A stretch of DNA of 64,000 nucleotides, taken from the NCBI GenBank assembly GCA_013416795.1, contig RQSC01000008.1, forward strand, positions 248,497-312,496, read 5' to 3'. The position numbers and the translations under genes were made by a program. Of this stretch, positions 48,290 to 59,603 are shown in pieces. The notes under the pieces are model-generated. The model was not told the origin of the DNA. It saw only the letters and a program-made list of their open reading frames with translations, and searched no databases. Within the stretch, counting starts at the first letter, position 1. Each line of letters begins with the position of its first letter. The DNA comes from Prasinococcaceae sp. CCMP 1430 (Eukaryota > Plantae > Prasinodermophyta).

Positions 48290-49935
48290 TGGCGCTGGGA
48301 GCGCGGACGCCCCCGCGACCGAGGATGTGTCCGCCAATAAAGCGACCGCAGAGGCCGCAATCGCAGCGGGCGTGTGGCTGAGGCAGCGATACGGCGTCAA
48401 GGTGAGTGCTGAGAGTCTCACACCCAGACCGACGCGTCGCCGCCGTGATTGCCAGTCGAGGTTGTTCGCAGAAGGCATTGTGCGCTATTTTTTGTCTCGT
48501 GCGAGGCCACGCATCATTTGTGCAGCGGAGCCGAAGATTGTCCCGCTGACGCGCGCATTCCCACACAGGGCACCGCGGCGCTGTACGGGGATCAAGATGA
48601 CGTTGAAGAGGGCGTGTGCAAGGCGCCGGATCCCGAGGATGGCGCGGCCGGAGCGACGATAGGCTCGATATTGCACTGCGCTGCGTGGCAGAGCCGTCTC
48701 TACGGCGCCATGGCGTTGCCGGAGGGCGTCGAGCACGTGTGCGAGGGGCCGCTGTGTGGGACGTTCATCACTCGCGTCGTCGAAGAGGGCGAAGAGGAGG
48801 CGGGTGTAATCGTCGAGTGGGAGCGCCGCAGGCAGCGAAAGCGTCGACTCATGAAGCACGAGGCTGCCCTGCTCGCGGAGCGAGGCGAAACGCCGCCGCT
48901 TGACCTGTGGGCGTGGTTTCGCTTCTGGGAGTATCTGGGCCCGCTCTTCGGCGGCACGCAGAGCGCCCAGACGTGTGTCGCGTACTGGATAGGCTACACG
49001 TTCTTCTGGGGCTCCATACTCTTCATCGTTGGCGCCGCCGGCAGCGTGAGCTCGTACGTGCTCGCCGACGCCACGCGCACCCAACTTGCGTCAAACCTGC
49101 CGTATTTGGTGGGTTCACTCTTCTTCGACGTCGGCTGCCTCGGGCTATTGATCGAAGCCGAGAATGAGGACCAACACCACGAGGCGCATCAGTGGCACCA
49201 TCGCCGCTTCGAATTGTGCCAAAAGTTGGTGCTCACGCGCGCCGCCACGGCGGCCCGCGAGCGCCTCCGCGATGAGTCTGTCAAGGTCGATGCCCAGGAG
49301 CAGGTGAGCGACGACAGCTCCGCGGACGACTCCACGGCGCGCCTTCTGAAGGAGCACGATGCATCCCCGCCGCATTACCGTTGGGTGCCGCGTCCGTGGC
49401 CGAACGTCCTACTCACGCGGCCGGCGATGCTCGGTGCGGTGATTTTCATGCTTGGCGCCCTCGGGTTCACGGCAGGCGTCATCGGCAGCATCTGTGAGAC
49501 GGCGGGCGTCGTGCTGACCGAAACGCAGTCAGAGTGGTGGATCAACTTCTCGTGAGTAGTTTGCGCAGCGAATGCACCTTCAAGGCAATGCTCTTGGCGC
49601 TGACGTCTGTTCGCTCGATTCGCAGGTACACCTTCGGCGGAGCCGGCTTCGTCGCGGGAGGTTTCGTGTACGCAGCCGAGGCGAGCCACAGCGTCATCAA
49701 GGGCATCGTTCCTCTCAGCTGCAAGAGCTTCAGCTCCATCTCGTGGTGGATAAACATTCTGAACTTCTACGGTGGCGTCGGCTTTCTCATTGCAGGCGGC
49801 CTTTTCTACGCAGACCTGAGCTTTCGTGCATACCAGATCCAGACTGTGTTCAACTATCTCTTCGCCAGCGTGCTTTATCTCGTGGCATCCTACCTGACGG
49901 TCATCGAGGCGACCAACCCCGGGCGCCAGTTCTGA
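48290..49935 (+). CDS. Multi-pass membrane protein with YrhK-like repeats; exons ?-48401, 48569-49551, 49626-49935; start uncertain
   Basis: Repeated YWIGYTFFWGSILF / PYLVGSLFF / FTFGGAGF / NFYGGVGF / YLFASVLY..SYL...EATN helices. Two GT-AG introns keep the frame. Confidence 0.7.
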
Positions 49936-50163
49936 ATGTGGCTGGCTGGGCCTTTGATGACGCTTTTCCTCGCCTACAGCCGCGTGCTTCCCAGCTCCCT
50001 GCAGCGCTGTTGCAGCGCACGTTTCGCAGCTTTGCTGCCGTAGCCACCGTGGGAAGCGACGACTCTGTCGACCTCTTTTTGCAAATCGCGACGAAGGAGT
50101 CTGTCAGAGCACTGTCCGCACGCGACCGTTGAAGCTCAATCTAGCCGTGGCATTTGCACGAAG

Positions 50164-50778
50164 CTATGCAATGGGGGCGCCGAATTGCGTGGCAGACGCT
50201 CGCGCGGACAGCCAGGCAGACGGCTGGCGTGGCGCACCGTTGGTGGCAAAATTCTGCCGCTCGTGTGCGGTGGTCCCTTGCCATTCGTCGTGCCTCGACA
50301 ACAGCATGCACACGTACTTGATGCACGAGCTGCGCTTAAGCACAGGATGCTCCACCTGGAGCGCAACTCCGGACGCAACGAGTTCATCCCGCGCGGCAGT
50401 CTCCCATTTGAACTTATGGGACTTCTTGCTCGCGATGTCCAGAGCGACCTTGTCTATGAATTCCCTGTGGGCGTCTAGGTCGACCCCAAAGGCCTTGCTC
50501 AGGTCCTTGCGCAGGCGCTTGACGCTGACGGTTTCGATGTCGGCATCTTTCAAGTACGCACGCACGGCGGTGAGCAGCTCGCCCAGCGAGGGCATGTGTG
50601 CGTCGCGGTTGCGAAGGGCGTACTGCGGGCTCGCCGTGTCCTCATTACCGGCCGCCGCCTCATGCCCCGTCGCCCCTCTCGCCTTCTTCCTTTTGCGACC
50701 ATCCACGGTGGCAAGCTGCACGCGCGCGGGGCGCTTTCGCGAGGTCTCCTGCTCCACCGCTGCTGCCGCCGGTGCCAT
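50164..50778 (-). CDS. DEK C-terminal domain protein
   Basis: PSLGELLTAVRAYLKDADIETVSVKRLRKDLSKAFGVDLDAHREFIDKV matches the DEK_C pattern. Basic NLS-like RKRKK. Confidence 0.8.
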   Translation of the reverse strand: MAPAAAAVEQETSRKRPARVQLATVDGRKRKKARGATGHEAAAGNEDTASPQYALRNRDAHMPSLGELLTAVRAYLKDADIETVSVKRLRKDLSKAFGVDLDAHREFIDKVALDIASKKSHKFKWETAARDELVASGVALQVEHPVLKRSSCIKYVCMLLSRHDEWQGTTAHERQNFATNGAPRQPSAWLSARASATQFGAPIA

Positions 50779-51012
50779 TTAAAGCCTCCCGCCAGCGATC
50801 TCATCTCCCTCGGCCTCCTCGCCCAGCTCGACACGGACGGCGGCAACATCCCGCTCGGCGAGGGCATAGCCGTGCGCAACACCAGCCTCAGTCATCACGC
50901 CATCACCAACATCCGCGCCCGCACCCTCGACGACCCCCTGCGATCCCTCGCGCATGGCGACGGCGGCGGTGGCGTCGCGCTCGGTGGCGGGGACGCCGTC
51001 CCCGCCCGTCAT
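50779..51012 (-). CDS. 77-aa acidic ORF abutting the DEK_C ORF in the same frame (uORF, cistron or truncated N-terminus)
   Basis: ATG at 51012 with coding-like GC3. Its TAA (50781-50779) is immediately followed by the ATG at 50778. Confidence 0.45.
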   Translation of the reverse strand: MTGGDGVPATERDATAAVAMREGSQGVVEGAGADVGDGVMTEAGVAHGYALAERDVAAVRVELGEEAEGDEIAGGRL

Positions 51013-51410
51013 CTTTCAGCCGCCCCCAGCAGGGGTGGGCAGGGCGGGGGGCGGGAGGGGGGGGTACAGCGCGGGGGCGGCGCTCCGGACCGCGCGCGCA
51101 GACTGCCCGCATCGCAGCGCGCTGCTGCGGCGCGCGTTCAGTGGGACTTAATTTGGGCGCCCGTTTCTTTTTCGTTTCGGGGTTCGCGCGGGCGGGGGCC
51201 ATCACATTGTGTCTTGGCATTTCAACATTCTGAACATTCTGAGTGGGGTGTCCTTCCCAGTGCGTTTTGATGGCGAAGGCTGTTGGCGTGTGTGTTTGCC
51301 CACGCGGGCGCGCGCGCCATCGGCCGGCGGGCACAGCGCGGCGCGGCAGGGGCCAGACGGTGTGCGTGCGGCGGGGGCTTCCCGCCGGCCAGAGTCGACA
51401 GCTCGCGCAG

Positions 51411-52457
51411 ATGGCACGCGCCCGGATTGTGAGGCGGCTCGTCGCGGCGGCCGGTGTGGCCGTCGCAGCGAGCCCCACGGCGTGGCTCTCGTTGCTTGGG
51501 GGGGCGCTCGCCCACGGCGACGAAGATGCCTCGCAGGCTGCCCTGCGCTGCCTCTCTCTCGCGCGTGCAGACACTTCGGGTGGGCGGGCCGCGGTGGCGT
51601 GCATCGTGCCCGTGCCGTCCGACACTGATGCTGATGTGGTGGATCTGTACGCCGCGTTCGATGCTGAGGCGCTCGGTGCGACGATATCAGTGAACAAATT
51701 GGAGCTGACCGCAGTCTCGGAGAGTGGCGAGCTCTGCGGTGGCGGCGCTGCCGCGGGATTCTTCAGCGACCGCACGAAGAGTGGCGAGAGCAGCCAAAAC
51801 GGGGACGGGCCGGACTCCCAATGCGATCCGGTCGCGGGGGCGGGCGTCTTGGGCGGGCTTGTTCCCAAGCAGTTGCTGCAGCGCCCCGTTTCAGATGCTG
51901 ACATCGTCACGTGGTTTGTTTGGGAGGACAAGGCGGTCGCCGTAAACGCAACCCAGCTGGCCACCAGCAGCAGCTCAACCGCGCGCGCGGGCGACTCGGA
52001 CGCTGGCGGGGCGGGCGCAGTGCATCTCGCTTCGTTCCGCGCAGCCGCTTCGACCGTGTGCTCCTTTTACGACCTCTTCTTTGTTTCGTTCGATCTCGTA
52101 TCGCCAGACACGGACGCCTCTGCCAACGGAACCCAGCAGGAGACAGAGACGACCCTCGGTGGCGATGGCGGTCCGCCCGTAGTGGTCGACATGGACGAGT
52201 TCTTCGCTCGGCGCTATCGGGAGGGCGGCGCGTGCGAGAGCTACGATGCGGCAAGGGAGGCGGCAGGGGTGGGAAGCGCTGATGTTCTTGACGGGCCGGG
52301 TTTCGCTGGCTACGCCGTCCCTCTTGGAGGCTTCTTTTTCGTGGTGGCCCTCGCTGCCGCGCTGCGCACGATGCTCTCAGGCGGCTCGCAGCTCGCGAAT
52401 CGTGGCGGCTTCCGCCGACTCGGGGCACAAGCCGCTGCGCCCCAAGGGGCGGTGTGA
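51411..52457 (+). CDS. Unknown predicted type-I membrane protein (signal-like N-terminus, C-terminal TM); alternative ATG at 51270
   Basis: Coding-like ORF. Hydrophobic N-terminus (LVAAAGVAVAASPTAWLSLLGGALA) and C-terminal FAGYAVPLGGFFFVVALAAAL followed by a basic tail. Confidence 0.6.
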   Translation: MARARIVRRLVAAAGVAVAASPTAWLSLLGGALAHGDEDASQAALRCLSLARADTSGGRAAVACIVPVPSDTDADVVDLYAAFDAEALGATISVNKLELTAVSESGELCGGGAAAGFFSDRTKSGESSQNGDGPDSQCDPVAGAGVLGGLVPKQLLQRPVSDADIVTWFVWEDKAVAVNATQLATSSSSTARAGDSDAGGAGAVHLASFRAAASTVCSFYDLFFVSFDLVSPDTDASANGTQQETETTLGGDGGPPVVVDMDEFFARRYREGGACESYDAAREAAGVGSADVLDGPGFAGYAVPLGGFFFVVALAAALRTMLSGGSQLANRGGFRRLGAQAAAPQGAV

Positions 52458-53101
52458 TGAAGGCGATGGCAGGTAGACTCAGCCCAGCGCCACAGGTTGC
52501 TGTACTCCAGTGTGCATGGCGATGGCGACCAGGGCAAGCGCGCCGGGGATGCATCTCGACTAGCTTTAGTCCTGCCGCGCTGTCTTGGCCACTTTCATGT
52601 ACTGTACGTAAGCACAGGTAGCACACCCCGCGAAGCGCGCGAGCCCTCGGCTCGGTCGACCCAAACGCTCGAGCTCAGCAACGCCGACCACATCTGTGCA
52701 ACTCGCGATGCGCTTATTAGTCTAGTGGCGCGTCAGATGGATGACTACGCACGTCACGTGACAGTATAATGCACGACGCTCATCGCAAACGAACGATTGC
52801 ATCAGACCGCCATTGAAATGAACGAACACAATCCTAAACCCCATATTGGCAATGCATGGATGGGACAGGAAGTCATCAAAGCGCATTGAGGGGCCGCGCG
52901 GGAAGCGTACTGCTGAGCGCCGCAGCGGCGCAGTCTTGCGGCTGTCTGGCCGCGGCACTCGTCGCGCGCACGGCGTCGCGCCGCCGGTCGAAGCGCGCCA
53001 GAGGCACCTCCTCGAGTGGCGCTTTCCCACGCGAGCGCACGACGAGCCGCGGTCTGACTTGGTCCCATCTGCCGCGGTCGCGCACCGCCGCGGCCGCAGG
53101 C

Positions 53102-54945
53102 ATGCAGCCGCAGGGCGTGCTCCGCGTCGCTGCCGCCGCCGCCGCCGTGTGGGTGCTGCGCGGGCGGATGCTCGACGTGCTCGAGGGAGTCCTGCAGGCG
53201 CTCACGGGGCAGCGCGCCAAGGGCAAACTCAACTCATTCCTTCGCGGCAACTTTGCTCCCGTGAGAGAGGAGAGGGGGCCGCTGGAGTGCGAGGTTGTCG
53301 AAGGCGAGCTGCCCGAGGAGCTCGATGGCGTGTTCGTGCGCACCGGGCCCAATCCAGCCGTGGAGCCCACCGGGGACGCGCATTGGTTCGACGGCGACGG
53401 CATGCTTCATTGCATGCGTCTGAAGGCGCGGCGCGCGCCGCTCTACACCAACCGCTACGTGCAGACCCCGCGGTATTCGCTCGAGTCGAAGGCAGGCCAT
53501 CCGCTCTTCACCAAGGTTGGTGACATGGTGGGGGGGTTTGGCATAGCGCGCATCCTGCTCGGGCTGGTGCGCGCCCTTGTACGCGACAGAGGCCTCACGC
53601 CGGGGACGTCCGGCTCGACGGCAAACACCGCGCTGGAGTTCCATCCCGGCAGCGGCTTGCTCGCGTTAAATGAAGGCGCGGCACCGTTCGCGCTGCGCCT
53701 CGACGAGCGCACGGGTGAACCGGCCACCGCTGGCGAGGCCACGTGGCGAGGCGCCCTCACGGGCCCATTCACCGCGCACCCGAAGGCGTGCCCGTCCACC
53801 GGGGAGATGTGGACCTTCGGCTACGCGGGCAGGGAGAGCAAGGCACTGGGCGGCGCCCTCGTGCAAGTCGCCTGCGTGGATGCGAAGGGTCACGTCACTC
53901 GCCAGATACCCATCCATGACGTGACGCAGGCTGTGATGATGCACGATTGTGCGCTCACCGAGAAGCACTTCATCCTGATGGACCACCCGCTGGTCTTTGA
54001 CCCGAAGCGCATGATGGAAAGTGTTGACGGACTGCCCATCGCGTTCGACGAGACGCGCCCGAGCCGTTACGGGCTCCTGAGCCGCGAGGCGGTGGACGAC
54101 AGCGACATTGTATGGTTCGCCCTGCCCGCGCACATGGTCTTCCACACGCTGTGCGCCTGGGAGGAAGGGGATGAAACCACTCTCTTTGCCTGCGTCGCAG
54201 ACCGCGCCGAGCTTGCCGATGCCATGGCCAAGGTCCAGAAAGGGCAGCGCTATGCTGAATTCTACTCGAACCCCGCGACGCGCCCGAGACTCAGCTGCAT
54301 CCGCATGAACAGGTGCACGGGGGAAGCGACCGTCGAGGACGTCCTGTCGCGCGACTACATCGTTGACTTCCCTCGCACACATCCCGCGCGCACGGGGCGC
54401 AAGATGCAGCACGGGTACCTGACTCGATTCAGGCAGCGCGGCGGGCTTCTCGTCCAGGGCTGCGTCAAGGTCTGCCTGAGCTCTGGCACAGTTTCCGGCG
54501 AAGTAGCTTTCGATAAGGACGAGCATGGCGGCGAGGTCCTCTTTGTCCCCCGCAGCCTCGACCCGGATGCGGCCGATGACGACGGCTGGCTCATGGTGCG
54601 TAGCCTGTCAACTAGAAGTGCCCGACAGCAGTCGCTCTGCCCCTCTCTCCCCCCCCTTCCCCGCCCCGCGCGCGCGCACAGCGCGTCTGCTTTCGCCCGC
54701 AGGTGCGCGTACGCGCGTGCGCGCTGACGAGCGCCGGGCCCTCTCCCCCGCGAATGGGAACTGCGTCGCAGTGCTTCACGCACGACGAAAACCGGGGTGT
54801 CGACTTCCTGCGAGTGTACGACGCGACCAAGATGGAGCCGACGGCACGCATTCTGGTCCCATGCCGTGTCCCGTACGGTTTCCACTCGCATTTTGTTCGC
54901 AGTGATCAGCTCGAGCACGTGAACGCCGCGCCCGCGACGCCGTGA
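53102..54945 (+). CDS. CCD: Carotenoid cleavage dioxygenase (RPE65/CCD1-like); exons 53102-54595 and 54772-54945
   Basis: FLRGNFAPV, LDGVFVRTGPNP, HWFDGDGMLH, four Fe-binding His (FTAHPK, MMHD, FHTL, YGFH), EVLFVP...DDGWLM. Confidence 0.93.
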
Positions 54946-55549
54946 TGTGATGGCACAACAACCTCACACGTTCGCCGTGCGGCGCGCCATGCCCGCGGTC
55001 TGAGAGAGAGCGGCGACAGTGGGGACTCAGGACATCGCATCTATAAGCGGATGCGCGCGCCAAGGCAAATGTGCGGCGCGCGCGCGGAGGAGAGCGAAGG
55101 CCCACCTGCGAGTGGCAAGCGTGCGCGGCGCAGAACAAGACACGAGGCGGCGAGCGTATAGTGTACCATCGTTGCATGCCAAGGAGCTGCACTTAAATGT
55201 ATGTACATGTGTTTGTAGCGGGTTCCCAGGCCGTGCCGTGGCGCCGCGAGGCGGACGCAGACAGGGGCGCGTATGCGGCGAGGAGCTCAGCGGCTGCTTT
55301 CCTCCGTCCTCCAGCTCCGAGTCGCGGGTGCGCGCCCCCCCCGCGCCTCTGGACGGCCCGCGCCGCCTTCGCGCCCGTCGCCGTTTCCACGGAGGTCACA
55401 CAATTCGGATGCGCAAATCCGCGAATTCGTGGCAGTTCGGCTGGCACTGCGCGCAATTCAGCCCATTCTGCAATTCAACCTAATTTTAGATCCGTCGTTT
55501 CGATCTCGCTCGCTGCGGCACGCGATCGCCCATCAGGCGTGAGGATAAA

Positions 55550-57318
55550 ATGCGGATGCGCGCTCGAGCCGCGCCGGCCACGTGCGGCTCTCACACCGTC
55601 ACGCGCGGCGGCAGCGGCAGGGCAGCGACGGCGCCACACGCACCACGAGAGAGGGGGGCGGAGGCGGCGGTGGAGCGGGCCGCAGTTGGGACCCATCGGC
55701 GGGCAGGTGGGTGGGAGAAGGCCCTCTGGCGGCTGCCGGCAGTCGCGCGTGCGCCATACAGTGAGAGAGGGAGGGAGGGCGAGGGAGGGAAGGTGCCGCG
55801 CAGACCGCCGGTTGGGCCCGCGGCCGCGCTGGCGGAAACAGCCGGGGCGCGGCCGGCGGGCCGCCGCCTCGAGCTCGCGCGCGGCGCGGACCTGCTCGTG
55901 GCGCTGGCGCGCGCACTCGTGGAGATGATACGATGGGCGGCATCGTGCTGCGGCGCCGGTGGTGGGGACGGCGGTTTGGGAGGCGGCGGCGGCCGCTTGC
56001 GCAGAGCGGCGGCGTTGCCGGCGCTGGCTAGTGCTGGCGCACACCATGCCGGCAACGGCAGCAGGCGCGGCCGCGACGGCTCGAAGGCGCGCGGAGGCCT
56101 CCCGGAGGTACGCACGCGCGCGCACGCGCATGCGTGCGCAGGTTCGAGCACGCGTGCGCGCGTATGCGCTTGCGTGCATTGCTCATGGCACCTTTGCGAT
56201 GGGAAGTGTGCTGACAGCAAAACACTCTCGGCAGGTGTGCTACTTCCCCGGCGCGGGCGCTTTCTTCTTCTGGCAGCTTGGGTTTGCCCAGGAGCTCGAG
56301 GCTCGGTGCGCGCGAAAACACCTGCGCACCACGCGCCTCATCGGGTGCTCCGCCGGTGCGCTTGTCGCGGCGCTCGCGACAGCTGAGGTGTCGCCACAGC
56401 GCGCGCTCGACCTGGCTGCAAAGCTGTCCATTGACAACGGCATCAAGCTGGGCAGCGCCTATGGAATCACTAACCTGGGTGGCATCCTCCACGAATGGCT
56501 CGAGGTGCGAGATTTCAGAGCACTCTTGCCCCTAGCGAGCTTGTCAACCGACAAGCTCTCTCAGACTACCTCTCGCCGGTGCACGTGCTGACACGAAGGT
56601 TCCGCGACGCACCCTCGTCCGATGCGCTCAATCACAGGAACTCCTACCGGAAGATGCGGGCGAGCGGCTGAGCGGCCGTTGCGGCATCGTCGTGCGCGAC
56701 GTGCGCTCGCGCAAATCGTACATCGTGACTCACTACAGCTCAAAACAGGACGTCATCGACGCGCTTGCTGCAAGCGTGCACATACCGCTGCTCTCGAGGG
56801 GCAAGCCCGCATATGACTTCCGAGGGCGGCCCTGCGCTGACGCATGCTTCTTCGACCCGCGCGAGGGGCTCACGGACGCAATCGCTTCTTCGCTGGGCGT
56901 GCGGGACGCCGCTGCCGCGCGCGATTCGATGTGGGAGTGCACTTTTTCTTTGGATGTGCGCAACAAGGCCTACAAAGCCCTCAGTCTTCCGACGAAGGAG
57001 GAGGCCACTACATGGATGGGGTGGGGGAGGGAGAGCGCGGCCGCGCACTTGAATAAACAGGGAGGTGCCGTGCGCAACTCAAGAGATGAGGCGGATTGGC
57101 TGAGCAAGGCCGTGTTCAGGGTGTCGATCGCAGGGGCAGGCGCGCTCGGATCGCTCGCACGCGCGCTGGTCACAGTTGACGAGTGGTGCGGCAATGGACG
57201 CAGGCGAAGGACGGAGAGGGAACGGCAGCGCAGTCTCAAACGGGAAACCTCCTCCACCCACGTCGCCAAGGCAGGCGATGTCGACGGCGCCGGCGATGCC
57301 CCAGCGGCATCGGCCTGA
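55550..57318 (+). CDS. Patatin-like phospholipase/lipase; exons (55550 or 55925)-56107, 56235-56504, 56638-57318
   Basis: Gly-rich loop PGAGAFFFWQLG, nucleophile GCSAG, ASVHIP and catalytic Asp in ADAC. Two phase-0 GT-AG introns. Confidence 0.82.
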
Positions 57319-57579
57319 ACGTGGACACGCACGCACGCACACATCGCCACCCAGTGGTTGCGCGCGCCGCAGCGGCCATGCGGCGATAAATGCATGCATG
57401 GATCATGGCTCGTGCCAACTCAATGCACGGCCGCATTGTCACCCGCCAGTCGCACGCCCGGCCACTTCGCAAGGATGCACCGCGCGCGGTGCGATTAGCG
57501 CGCTCGCGAATGGGGTAATCGCAATCGTCGTCACGGCTTGCGAAGGGTGGGCCTACGCGCGACGCGCGACTTGCTCTTC

Positions 57580-58330
57580 TTACTTGAGCTTCTTCATGGT
57601 CTTGTCCAGAGCCGCCTTCACCTGCTTCATATCAGCGCCCTCGACGGTCTCGGGAGCGTCCTTGGTACCCTTTGCGTAAACCTTGAATGTGGGCATGCAC
57701 TGGACCTCAGCATACTGCATGGCGTCGCGCGCCTTGTCCACGTTGACCTTGAGGAAGATCGCGCGTTTGTACGCTCCCTCCTCACTGAGGCGCGCGTAGT
57801 CAGGCGCAATTTGCTTGCACGGGCCGCACCAGTCGGCGTAGAAGTCAACGACCGCTGCCTTCTTCTCCTTCGCTGCGCTCTCGAGCGCCGCGACGAGCTC
57901 TTCCTTGGAGTTAATGGCCTGGACGTTTCCGCCGTGGTCAGGAATCGGCCGTGTTGAGGTGTAGAGGCGGTACATCATCATGCCCAGGGACAAGAGCAGC
58001 GCTGCGCGTGCGCGCGCGAGGAAAGTGGCGACGAGCCGGCGCGCGTCAGCGATAACGCGCAGGCGGGCGAGACTGAGCGCCCTGGCCGGATGCGGGCGCT
58101 CGGCGCGATTCAGGGCTCGCGCGTGGCGTCCGGCGGGCGGACACGACACATGCTCCGCGCCACGCCCGTTCTCGCCGTCCGCCCGCGCGGCCACCGCGCG
58201 CGCGGCGGCGCGCGCGCCACGCACTCGGCCGCTTCCTGAAGAAGTCGACCCAGGACTGGAGGTACTCCTGCAAGTCTTCGAAGTCCGCCGACATGATCGC
58301 CTCGAGCCTGTAGCCGATCTCCTCGAACAT
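57580..58330 (-). CDS. Thioredoxin (WCGPC) with an N-terminal extension and hydrophobic anchor; exons 58330-58225 and 58001-57580
   Basis: VVDFYADWCGPCKQIAP...FLKVNVD...MPTFKVY. The phase-1 intron 58224-58002 joins MFEEIGY...FRKRP to TLLLSLGMMMYRLY. Confidence 0.9.
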
Positions 58331-58810
58331 GGTGGCTGCCCCCCCACAGCCCGCCCGCCCCGCCCGCAGCGGCGCGCCCGTGTGGCGCCCGCCCACCGCC
58401 CGCCGCCCCGCACCGATCGCCGGCGGACGGAACCGAACTCACTTTGACCTTCCTTTCGAGACAGACAGAGTCTCCCCTTTCGTTTTTGATATTGGACGAG
58501 CTACGTCAAAACGCACGTGATCGCGCGGGGCGCCGACGGCGACGGCCTGCCCGCCCGCCGCCCGCGGGGGCACACAACCCGAACCGGTAAAAGGGTGGGG
58601 AAGAGGGTTTGATTCAAGCATCGAGCACAGCGCAGCGCGGCAGGCGGAGCACGCGGGCAGCGACGCTGGCGGAGCGGGACGGGGGCGGAACGAGCGCGCG
58701 ACTGCGAAGCGGAGCGGGGCCACGCGAGGGTCGCGTTGGGCGAGCGACGCCACGGCCCGCGCCGGCGCACGCGAATCGGGCGGGGGAATGAGGGTCGGCG
58801 CGCTGGTGCT

Positions 58811-59548
58811 TTACTCGGCCTTTGCCCTCTGCCCGCGCATCCCAGTGTAGCGGTCCATGGCCCGAAGGTGAAAGACCCGCCACTTGTGCACGCCCGCCTG
58901 GCGCATGTCCTCCCAGAGTCGAATGAGGTCAGCCACTAGGCTGATGCGATGCGCGACCGCGAGCTGCACTACGAGCGCGGCGCTCCTCTTGATCGCGAGA
59001 AACCCTCTCCACACTTGCTTGTAGACCATGGGAAAGGTGCTCAGCTCGCGCAGCCCTTGCCGGAGGCTCGGCACCCACAACACACACGACCAGAACAACC
59101 CAGTCGCGGAGAATTCCGACAAGTCGGACTTGAGATCCGCGACCGTGCCGCGCACCCACTCGCGCGCGCTGGGCAGGTGCGCGTGCAGATCGGCAAGCCC
59201 GAGCAGCAGGCTGAGGAGCGAAAGCAGCATGACGGCTCGACGTAGGAATGTCCTCAGCCAGGGCCTGTACGGCAGCCCGTATGAACCGGCGAGGATGGCC
59301 CAGATGGGGACGCCTGTCTCATACAAGCGCAGGAGTCTGCGATCGCCGCGCACCATGGGCTCCAGGACGTCGACGATATTGGCCTGCTCGTTGGTGAAGA
59401 ATGCAACGACTGTGGCGCTCCTGATGACGGCAGGGTCGGAGGTGGCATTAGGAGTCGATGACGTACCGCTGTGGCGACGCGCGGGAGACACTCGCCGAGC
59501 GAGCAGCTCGCTCTAGGGGGTGCAAGGGGGGGGGGGGGGGGGGGGCGC

Positions 59549-59603
<55 letters not shown>

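Noticed and set aside
50779-50781. TAA reassigned to Gln (non-standard code)
   Set aside because: SMC2, CURT1 and RPL27A all end on TAA at the expected C-terminus.
51221-51245. Heat-shock element (GAAcaTTC)
   Set aside because: Only one correctly spaced nGAAnnTTCn unit; the flanking units are mis-spaced.
52500-53050. Possible small minus-strand genes between the TM protein and CCD, and at 55190-55460
   Set aside because: Codon usage is weak and there is no consistent splice model or motif; these are more likely UTR or promoter sequence.
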